Below are positions 12,770 through 23,800 of a stretch of 64,000 nt of DNA, one piece after another. The notes under the pieces are model-generated. The model made no database searches and had not been told where the DNA came from. It was given only the letters and a program-made list of their open reading frames with translations. The stretch is taken from NCBI GenBank assembly GCA_977030845.1, contig OZ365115.1, positions 17,856,001 through 17,920,000 of the forward strand. The letters run 5' to 3'. The stretch comes from Fimbriosthenelais zetlandica. Lineage: Eukaryota. Numbering within the stretch: position 1 is the stretch's first letter; each line of letters starts with the position of its first letter. The position numbers were made by a program, and so were the translations under genes.

Positions 12770-13830
12770 CTAGGCCTAGCCTATGCATAGGGCCTATAGG
12801 TCTATCTATGTAGGCCTAGGCCTAGCCTGGCTAAGGCAGAGAATTTCTAAAATCTGTCACATAGGCCTAGGCCTATATGCATATGACAGACAATCCGCCA
12901 TGGGAGGATGCCCCTTCCATATTTCCATTTACACTTAGGCCCTAGGCTATAGGCCTAGGCTAGGCCCTAGGCCTACATTATTTTATTATAGGCTAGGCCT
13001 AGGCCCTAGGCTAATGACATTCCACTGAGGTGGAATTTCCCCCCAGGGAAATGCCACTTTGCCCCAAGTTCATTTCCTATGTTCCACTTTACCCCATTGT
13101 AGGCCCCCTATCGGGGCAGAATGGAAACTATAGGCCCAGACTAGGCCTAGTGCCTTTAAAAAAAATAAACTTAATTTTTTAGGCCTTAACAATATCTAGC
13201 TAGGGTCAATTTTGTCAAAGACAACTCCCTAAGTTAACCTCCAAATGCAGTAGGCTAGGCTAGGCCTAAGAAAAAAATCTTTATTATTTTATTAATTTTA
13301 TTCAACATTAAAAATGTCTGTTCCACTTTGCTCCGGGTTCCCCTACCTGAAGGCCTAAGGCCAGGCCTATGGCTATGATGAGATGGACAGGTAGTCTACC
13401 GTAGGCCCGGGTCTATTAGCCTAGGCCTACATGGTGTCAAATAGTTAGGCCTAATGTCATATTCATAGACCTATAGAAATTATCTAATGCAAAGTCTTTC
13501 TGTTTTTTTTTAATTTCCTTTCGATCAACATTTTGCCGAAATAATTTTGAAAGAATATCCCCTTAGGCCTGTGTGGCTTTGAAAAAACCTAGCCTAGGTC
13601 TAGGCCTAATTAGGCCTATGTTAAGAATTTCCATCTACTTTTTCATGAAGTTGCTAATTAGGTCTATTAAACATAACATTTTTATCATAGGCCTACGTAG
13701 GCCTAATGGTGAAAGACAGGCCTACGTAGGCCTAACTATGGAGATAGGTCTACGTAGACCTAACTAACCTAGGCCTAGAATCATTTATGTATATGATAAT
13801 AGTGGAAAAAAGTAGGGGCCTAGCCTACAC
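12770..13830. repeat. Dense cluster of palindromic (T)AGGCCT(A) words upstream of TTC17
   Basis: About 23 exact AGGCCT by hand count, plus many one-mismatch variants, in ~1.05 kb; not a regular tandem array. Confidence 0.85.
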
Positions 13831-14053
13831 TACACTACACTACAAACCCTGAAATACAGCCTGAACCGCCCAGGACAAGGCTAAAACACAATGTTTATAG
13901 GGCCTATCCTATTTTTTTTGCCCCCCTGCCCCCCAAAATAGACCCCAACCCCCATGTCTACCTCCAGCAGTCCCACCAACTCCCTACAAAAACTCCAGCC
14001 CTGATTTGAAACGGCTAACCTGTCAAAATCCCTTGGAATAACCCACTATGAAG

Positions 14054-16044
14054 GTACTGCCCATAGGCTCCAATGTTAAAAAATACTTAGCCCCCCCGGG
14101 CCCCTCCCCGGCCCCCAACATCGACCCCACCACCCTTGTCTGTCCCCGGCACCCATCCCAACACTTCCACAAAAATTCAGCCTGATCCGATGCTTCTAAC
14201 ATGTCTAAATTCCTTGAATTCATCAAAAGTGTCCCTTCCATAGGCTCAATGTTAAAAATCACTCACGATTACAGGAATGTGTGCTACAGAGCCGGTTTGT
14301 CAGTCCACTACAATAGTCTTATTCTCTACCTAATACATATTATTTTCACTCAAGTCCACGAATATTTATAACTTATGAACTCTTCTGATAAATATCAAAA
14401 GAACGGAGATGTAAAATGAGGATAACCCCGATTTCTGCGAAGTTGTCAAATCGGCCGAGCGTATACCGGCCTATAATTTGGCCTTTTAAAAACCTTAACA
14501 GCGCCCTCTCACTAAAAGTCGAAAAAGTTGAATAACTTCGTAAATAATGGGTCTAAAATTACAATTCAAACGGATTATTCTTAGTTGGGAGACCCTTCAG
14601 AAGTCTATGTGGTTTTTATTCCAATATAATGTATTTAAAATTTTGGATTTTCGAAATGGACTGAATTTCTTCATTTAACATTGGAGTCAATGGAGGAGGC
14701 GAGCTGAGCGCCTGTGGCGACCCGAGATGTCCTAGCGGATGAAACGTGAACTACTATGCGCTAGCCAGCATAGCCTGTATGAAAAGCCTCGCTGTTCCAG
14801 CCGGGATAGAGACTTGGGGCTCGGGGCCGTAGCTGTAGGCCGGCCTATAGGCCTAGGTGGATGTCGAGCGTTGGTTGGGGTGGGCGCACGTGGGCAGGGG
14901 AGGTTATGCACAAGTGATTTGCTGCATCTCAAACAAAATAAAAAAAAGAAAAAAGCCTAGAAATGCGTAGGATTTTACTCAATGACAAAAAAAAATAGCC
15001 ACCCGACCATCCGCCGACCCCACCCCCCTGCCCTTAGCCTAAATTCCATTAGGCCTATCAGTTTTGAACCCAAGCCCATAGGCCTAGGCTATAGATATGC
15101 CTGAATGTTAATTTTGCTCCCATCCCTATGAATCACACCACCAATCTGACCCACTCCTCAACAATCCTCATACCCCGAATGCCAAGTATAATATCCCATC
15201 CCACTCTGATAAGGTTTAAACGCATAATTATAGCCAGGAAAGGAGTTGGTATCATTGGTTTCAAGGTTTGGCTTGATCATAGTAGAATCATAGTTCATCT
15301 TTATGCCGCTGCTAATCTGTTGAACGTCGAGTCTTGTCTTTCAGGTAGTTCACGTTTTCACCGCTAGGACATCTCGGGTCGCCAAAAGCGCTCGGGCGCC
15401 TCCTTCCATTGCCTCCAATGTTAAATGAAGAAATTCAGTCCTTTTTGAAAATCCGAAATTTTAAATGATTTTTATTGCAACAAAAACCAAATACGCATCT
15501 GAAGGGTCTCCCAACTAAGAATAATCCGTTTGAATTGTAATTTTAGACCCATTATTTACGAAGTTATTAAACTTATTCGACTTTTAGTGAGAGGGCGCTG
15601 TTAAGGTTTTTAAAAGGCCAAATTATAGGCCGGTATACGCTCGGCTGATTTGTCTACTTCGCAGAAATCGATGTTAACCTCGCTTTACGTCTCTGCTCGT
15701 TTGGTATTTATTAGTAGAGGTCATAAGACATACATAACCGTAGTTTTGAGTGAAAATAACACATATTAAGTATAGAAAGAGCCGATTTGAGTGGACTGAC
15801 AAACCGGCTCGGTGGCACACATTCCTGTAATCGTGAGTGACTTTTAACATTGCGCCTATGGAAGGGACACTTTTGATGAATTCAAGGAATTTAGACATGT
15901 TAGAAGCATCGGATCGGGCTGAATTTTTGGGAGAGTGTTGGGATGGGTGCTGGGGACAGACAAGGTTGGCGTGGTCGAGGTTGGGGGCCCAGGAGGGGTC
16001 CGGGGGGCTAAATAATTTTTAACATTGGAGCCAATGGGCAGTAC
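14054..16044. mobile_element. Foldback: two inverted ~700 bp copies (14054-14754 and 15345-16044) of a non-autonomous element around a 590 bp spacer; Helentron/HINE-like by inference
   Basis: The arms align as reverse complements throughout, e.g. GGCGACCCGAGATGTCCTAGCGG..GTGAACTAC vs GTAGTTCAC..CCGCTAGGACATCTCGGGTCGCC. The left copy has an internal ~180 bp duplication and a terminal hairpin CTATGC-N8-GCATAG (14754-14773). No coding capacity. Confidence 0.8.
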
Positions 16045-16265
16045 ATGTATACACAGTGGGGGGCGATGATGGACCGAGCACCTACATCTGCAGACCTACA
16101 GGATATCGTGTAGTGACAAACGGGGAAAACAAAGCCCAAATCAACACGGCCGTATTTATGTCTTGAAATCCAGGGCGCAGCAGTGAAAAGATTCGCAAGA
16201 CGGGGAATCGAACCCCGGTCTCTCGCAGTTCCAGGCCAGTGTCTTACCCCTAGACCACCTAACTC
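16045..16265 (-). mobile_element. tRNA-derived SINE-like element
   Basis: Minus strand has A box TGGTCTAGGGG and B box GGTTCGATTCC with tRNA-like spacing. The acceptor stem does not pair (GAGTTAG vs TCTTGCG), and a ~150 bp non-tRNA body follows. Confidence 0.65.
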
Positions 16266-19200
16266 ACAGTAGGACTATAGTTATATATATTATGGTATGA
16301 CATGTGTTTGTAAACGGCGCCTGGGAAGGAAGGGGTAGAGAAGGAAAAAGGCCACAAGGTCCACTTTGGATCTGACTTGAAATGGTTTTATTACTTGGTT
16401 GCGTTGACATGATTAGATCCTTGCTTTCTCGAAGAGTGAATCTGGGGTTTAAAGAACACGAAATAAATTTTAAATAAATTTTTAACAAAGTAAAATACGA
16501 AGGAGAAATTAAATTATACATAAAAATAACGAGACATAAATTTGCCATAATTTGAACACTCAAAGTTTGACATAAGTACTAATAAAATTGCGACCATATT
16601 TGACACGATATTACCGTGAGATTTACATAAATTGCGGGTATTGTAGCATTACTTAGACACGAGACTTGAGACTTGAGATAGCATTACGGCATGCCAAGGT
16701 CAAGGGTGACCGAGGTAGGAGGTTTGAACCTTTGATTAAAGTTTGATAAATTATATAAAATGTATAAAATATGACATAATGAGTAGCAATAATAATGGAT
16801 TTAACAATGATAAAACACTTACTACTTATGGCCTGACATAATGGGAAGAGAAAAGAAGAAAGGAGAAGGAGGAGGCGGGCAGCCGTTTGCCTTGGTCGAC
16901 TTGAGTAAAGGTACTGATTTAGAAAAAAGGAATGTGTACGTGGCCAGTCCAAAATTAGCATGGGGAACAGTATATGTCCCCCTAGCATGAAAAAATACGA
17001 ACTAGGGACACTCGAAACAATAGGCCCCCCTAGTGAGGCGCGTCGAAAACGCTTAGTTGACATTGCAACTAACATAATACACAATATTGATTTAACCAGA
17101 TCTTTACCAAGATACATATTAGGGTGAATAGTTTCATGCAGTGATATTTATTACGAATTTAAGTACGACCCAATTTATGTCTGCTGCTACCGCATGGTGT
17201 CTTGTGGAAGTTCTAGCCACCCTGTGGATCGAGTGAAGGGTAACGGCATAGTCCGCACAGTGGCGCTCCTGTTTAGCTTTGAAGAAAACATCAAAATTAA
17301 TATACGTCTAAAGGACAAATAATGTTAAGTATTCTTATTTACCGGTAGATGATTTTATTATGATCGATCGTAACACAGCTTTATAATAACATTGTCAGAG
17401 AATGAAGCCAGTTCACAACAACTATGTTGAATTTGGACAATATTGTTAAGGTACATACATGTATACGTTACCTTTCAAGTTTATGTACACATAATACTTC
17501 GATACAAATTCAGAGATACGGTAGATATTCTGCCTATAGGCCTATTAAAACTATGACCCATACATGCTACAGTACATTAAACCGCCCACACGTTCTTCAG
17601 TGCACACCACAAATCTATAACAAATTCACACCCACTGATGCTCACAATTGATTCTGATACAGGTAAATCAGTTGGGCATATTTATTTAAAAATGTATTAT
17701 ACCTTTATATTTGTTAATAAAATATTTTCTGATATATTTGAAAGTTGTACAAGTAGGGTCTACAGGTTTCTATTTCTTTAGGTGGGTGATACCGGTAGGT
17801 TATTTATTTATATATTTATACCAGCCTTTTGGCCACATATAATTATAATCGACAATATAATAGGCACACATTACAAAACAATGGGATACAAATTTCAGGC
17901 CTGGGCATAACAGTTGAACCCATGGTGGGGTGACATGGTGTGGATGGAATGGTAGCCTAAAACAAAAATGACTAGAATAATTTAAATTCACTATAATTTA
18001 TCAATTTAACTCACATGGTTCTGCCATGAGAAGCACAACGCTTCAAACGAAATACTTTTCTGAAATGTATTTGACCTATACTTTGTATTCAGTTTATACA
18101 TTGTTTATACAGTTTATCGCTGTCAGAAAGCTTGGAAGTTGGAGTATGGCTTTGTTTATAGGGCGTGTAGTCTATTTATTGGATTTGCACAAAAATACGA
18201 TCCAGTAAACACATATATGCCCATGTCATATAGGCTATGCTATATAAATTAAAGCGTAAATCACCTAAATTCAAACTGTCGTGTATAGCACATATGCTGG
18301 TATAATCACCAATATTCTGTGTAAAAATTCTGATCAAAATGAAGATCAATTTTTTTTTACAATTTTTCTTTTCATTGTTATTAAAAAAAAAATCGCCCTG
18401 TAACTGTAAAAACTGTTGAAAAGAAATAAATGCACGTCCTCTATGAGGGGTGGAAGGATACAAAAAATTTTAATTTCTCCCAAACCTCACCAATTACCAT
18501 GGAGACACGGCCTGTTAGATCCCGGTCTGACACAGCCAGCTTATAGAGCACGTTCATACCGTCACTCATACATTCAAATATACAAATAAATCACTTATAT
18601 TTCCACACTAAAACACTTCACTTAATGGAGTCATACACAACCTCACATGTACTTCAACAATGGACATACTTCCATGAATCATGTTCCACTTAACAAAAAC
18701 CTGGAATGATTGATTAACTTCAATATTGATTTAACAATAGATCAATCAAACAAAAAAAATTCACATCAATCATTTTATCCATAGCCAGTCAGATTTTGAT
18801 AAAAATAAAGTAAGAAATTATTAATATCGTTTTTCGTCGGCAAGGATAAGGCCAATGATTTGCAAGATTTCCTTTCTTTTGGAGGAATTTCAACCTATTT
18901 AAATGTATTAAAATAAATATTCAAATGCTCCATGAAAGACAGAATAATTTGACACTTATTCACTATAAAATACATAGCATATTCGTCAATTGATCCAGGT
19001 GCCTATATTCAATATAGACCTATACATTTATCATTCATACAATGTTATTTTATTAAAAAGTAGGCCCACATGTGTGACGTTTCAGTAATGTAGACGGCCA
19101 TATAACATTTAGATAAGCTCAAACATAGATCTGCACCGGTCTATATTTGCATAAACATTTTTTTTAACAATTGCCATGTAAATCTAACCATATTTTACAA

Positions 19201-20636
19201 CAGCAATAATTCGATGAGGGTCGCTTTATTTACAAGGACTTCTTGGCAGCTATTTTTCATTTCTTGTCAAAAGAAATTCGAGCAGTTGAAGTACATAATA
19301 TGGCTGGAGGAAATGTCATAAGGTCCGATACAAAGTATTTTGATAATTTTGAAGGTGTGTTTTGCTTAGAAGTTATGATGGATAATATTAATTTATAACC
19401 ATGTGTTCCCAACCATGACTGTTTACATGATTGACCTTGGATGGAAATTCTCTAACATTGCATGCATCTCCTTTGCATTAACCATCTAACATTTATTATT
19501 TATACCCTCCAAAGCCACAAGTAGACATGTAGGCCTATAATGCTCTGGTACCATTTTTATTTCTTTTACTAATATTAATAAAGAATTAATATTAGAGGAC
19601 ATCGATTGGACGCAGTAGCCTGTCAATGCCACGAATAGCCCTATATAACTACATAGATAAATTTTAAAAATAACGAGCCATGATATTATTTTAAATATAC
19701 ATTGTATCGACTGGCAAGAACTTGGATTTCATACAAATGTCGTACTTGTAGCTATATTAATTTACACTGAGTACGCCATCTGGAGTTTTATGGAGGATCT
19801 TCCGGAAAATCAGAAGAAGGATGGAGGAGGTGGTGGTGTCCCCATGCGGCGGCTAAATACATCTATACAGTCAAACATGTTGAGATAGAAAAAGTGACAT
19901 GTTTGAACGCTGAACCATTAATACCGACCAATATACATCCTCTCTTTAAATGTCTGAACAACATAGACCTGATCACTTCTCAAAGGGCAAAAATTCATAA
20001 ATGCATTATGAGAATTTCCCAATATTTTCCCAATATAAGTAAATTTTGAGGTAGGACTAATATTGGCAAGGTTAACAACTTTAGTAGATCCCACAATTTT
20101 TGTTAAGATTCGGATGGAAAGTAGAGGATGTAAAGGTCGGTTTCTTCAAGGAATGACACCGATTTCAATGGATGTAACATATGGGTACTATATCTTAAGT
20201 ATTTTACCAACTTTACTTATTTTTTATCATTACTTTTTCAAAAAATCACACAATGTCAAATTTTAGGGATATTTTCAACAATTTCAGCGGCAATGTTTAA
20301 ATGTGACATTTTTAGAATTTGAACAATTTCATGCAAATATTGATTCGAGCTATACAAATTACTGTAATAGGTAGAGCGCACAGATGCTGTCCACTTCAAA
20401 TAAAACTTTGAAAATCCTAAATAAAGGAATCATTAAATAATGTGAGATAATTTCATCCCATCCCATGGACAAACCCTGAATTTCCTATACCAATAACTCA
20501 TTGCCTATGTGGTAAACTAAAAGGTAACATTTCAACTTCACATCATAATTTTTGCTGTCAATATTTGCAATGTTATTCTCTATTTCATTTTTGCAGATAT
20601 ACATTGGTAGGTTTTGACACATTTTCATCCATTATT

Positions 20637-20800
20637 TTAAAGTTGTACATCCATGTCATCGAAGTCTCTCCCAACACTGTCCAGTGTCTGTGTAGATATA
20701 CTGGTGCCGTTGCTGTAGGTTTGAGTGGCTGAGGTGGAGCGAGAAATACCACTACTAAGGGACCCGGAAGGCTTCAGTCTCTGATGCAATTCAATTTCAC
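20637..20800 (-). CDS. mtt: mGluR-like terminal coding exon (Ser/Thr-rich C-tail)
   Basis: Acceptor tttttttcag, phase 1: (G)EIELHQRLKPSGSLSSGISRSTSATQTYSNGTSISTQTLDSVGRDFDDMDVQL-TAA. Supported by splice signal and phase only; the tail is not conserved enough to recognise. Confidence 0.75.
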
Positions 20801-23800
20801 CTGAAAAAAACAAAGTAAAATCATGTATTATATAGCTTCAAATAAATGAAATATATGATACTAGTGTTTTCCCCTTTAATCGTCGCGAAACATCTATTAG
20901 ATTGGAAGATTATAGAACTTTTCTTAGGCACAAGCATCAGTGCCATCAGCTTTGTTGGCCAAGTGTCGCGCAAGTATAATCGCAACATTGGGGTCCCACT
21001 TTTTTTTGAAGTTTGAAAAGACATATATTTTACCATTCCTTCTTGCCAAGTATTTTCAGGCTGAACCAACTTAGCTACGATCTCCCTACAATGTGCATTA
21101 CGACCCCCCCCCCCCCCCCCAAAAAAAAAGTATGTGGAATGAACCTACTGAAAAAGTATGTGGAATGAACCTACGATCATGTTCCTGTGTGCTCTGGGTT
21201 TCTCATGGATCAGAAACTCTATGTTCTCATTTTGAGCATGTTCAAGCAGCTTGTAGCTCAGTGGGTTCAGGCTATATCATTGCTTAATCCCCCCCAAGTG
21301 GTGAAGTCGGAGGCATGTTTGGAGCAATTAATTTACAAGTATTGAATAAAAATGAATATGAATTTTATTAGATTGAGATTTTATATTTAATGATGTAAAT
21401 AAAGATTAATGATTTAATTTTGAATGTTAATGAATAATTGTAATAGAGAGATAAGTTGAATTTAAGGTTGAGTAGGTTGAGTAGGTTGAGAGGAGTTGCT
21501 CTGTCTGCAGTGGTCGCGAGAGTGAGCAGGAGGGGAGAGGGGAGAGAGTATATAGTGAGGAGTGGGTCAGTCACCAGGGGGAAGCAATGAGCTGTCCTAG
21601 TGCCAAAGCACATGACAAACCAATCTTCTTTGTCACCAAACTAAACCTCAACTATAGTACCATAGCCTTATGGGAACTAACCGACTTACCATCAGACTGT
21701 GTCCCTGAGTCAACTCGACAAGAAGAAGCAGCCGAGTTGATCTTAGTAGAAGTCTTTGCCATCATAGACTGTCTGATATTCCTCTCGGGGTGTAGCAGAA
21801 TAATATACATCTTAGGTGTAAACAAACATGCCAAAGATACAGTGGCGGACAGAGATATACTGAAGCACATAGTGGCCAAGCGGATCTCTATATTGTTCGC
21901 GGTGCTAAAGTAAATTGGGACGAATGCCAACCAAATGACACAAGTCGTATACATGGTGAAGCCTATGTACTTGGACTCATTGAATGCCTCTGGGATTTTC
22001 CTCGTTAAAATGGCATATATAGTACATACAATGATGAGGACAATAGGATAGGCAAAGCCAATCATGTATTGAGGTCCTACGGATGATATACAAACTAACT
22101 GATTGTCATAGCGGGTTGGATAGTAAGGTCCAGCTTTGGGTGGGCTCATCACCATCCACACAGCCCCAATAATCACTTGTAGGAAGACCAAAGCCATACA
22201 TATGAAGAGTTGCGACTTGGGGCTTATGAACTTGGGTCTCTTCACAGTACGTTTGCCTGCACGGAAGATGCGAGCAATCCGGTTGGTTTTAGTCAGCAAT
22301 GCCGAGTAACACACAGAAAAACAAAAGCCTATACCGAACTTTTGCGCACCGCAGACAATATCATTTGGCTTGAGTATGATGACAAATGTCATTCCATAGC
22401 AGAGAAGTATTCCTGCGAGAAGGACGAAACTGAGTTCGCGACCCGAGGCTTTGACGACAGGGGTCTCGCGGAACTTGATGAAGACGTAAATGACATAGGA
22501 TGTGACAATGAGACCAATTGCAGCGATTGCCATTGCAGCAATGGCAATATAGGAGTCATAGCTAAGGTATTCCAAGGGGATGGCCACACAAATCTTGAGG
22601 TCTCTTCTGGGCATTGTCCCCATAGGGCATTCCTGGCAGGCGTAGGGTGTGGGTAGGTACTGGAACTGGGAACAGGGGATGCAGGACCAGCAACAGTGGG
22701 TGTTATCAACGAAGTCCTGAGCTTCGTTGTACAAACAATTTCGACCACACATGGAAGAAGGGTGTTTAGGGCTGTTCAATGTGAACATCAGCTCCTTCAT
22801 GTTCACCTATATTGGGAAGAACATATAGAACATTTTATTAGTTTAAAAAAATGGGTATTCATCATTTTTAAAGTTTAGAACTAGTGTGAAAAACAAAGTT
22901 AAACAGAAGCAAATTGGCTATTTATATAAAGGATAGGTACCATTCAGTTTTGTAACTTACCCGAAGTTTTTTATTGTCATAAGTACCCACTGTCACCCAT
23001 TCGTAATGCCCAGGCCTGGGCTGACGGAAATTCAGGATCCTGTACTTGGGAGGTGGATCACCATTTGGTAGGAAGCGGAACTTGTGACCAGTCAATCCTG
23101 TAAATTAAAAGGCCAATGTATAAAAGATTTTGCTGTATTAGTTTGGATGAAAGCAGATCTTGTTGCGGCTTTAGTTACAACACCTATAATGGTCTCTTTT
23201 GATGGTCACAAAATGGAGAAAACAAGTTTGCAAAAAAGCGGATAAAATTGCTCTGCCTGAGTGACTACAAAAGTGGCAAAATAGAGAACGAAAAGGCTTT
23301 AAAAGTGTATTAAATGTAATATATCATCTCACCTCTGAATCTGACATTGAGGAGGTAATTTCTCAACAATTCTCCATCGTAGGGGGTCATCTCAGGGCAT
23401 AAACCAGGGTGCTCAGGTCCACCACAAAAATCCTCATGCATGTTCTGGAAAAAGGAGAAATCGGCTATTTTAAATTCGCAGATTCTGACCAATTTGAACA
23501 AAATTGGCGATATTATGTGCATACATAAGTCCTCTGATTCAAACAATCTTATTTCCATATAGTACATTTGTCAGTGTTGCTCGTTTATTTCTGTATGAAA
23601 ATCATCCCTGGTGATAATACTTCATGACTTGACAGGTTTGTTTTATCTATGATAATGAATATCTGTGAATGACATATCATTATATAGAGGGAGACATTGG
23701 GCAATTACTGCCAAAGCTGTGATGGAATGGTGGCCAATTGGTTATTTTCTTCTGTTGTTCTTATCAGCATCCAACATGCCTTATCCCCCAATCCATCAAC

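Noticed and set aside
14023-16022. Near-identical short ORFs at 14023..14262 (-) and 15837..16022 (+) as a duplicated small gene
   Set aside because: They are the same stretch of the two inverted repeat arms and start at non-ATG codons; no coding evidence.
16190-16265. Functional tRNA gene
   Set aside because: The acceptor and anticodon stems do not pair and there is no Pol III T-run right after; better explained as a SINE head. The same applies to 32958-33050.
19780-19880. Extra alternative last exon of the receptor
   Set aside because: The acceptor is weak and the short frame unremarkable; more simply 3' UTR or flank.
22210-22878. Plus-strand ORFs of 108-148 aa and an alternative-frame ORF over the 7TM exon
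   Set aside because: Antisense or frame shadows of a long real exon; no independent splice or homology signal.
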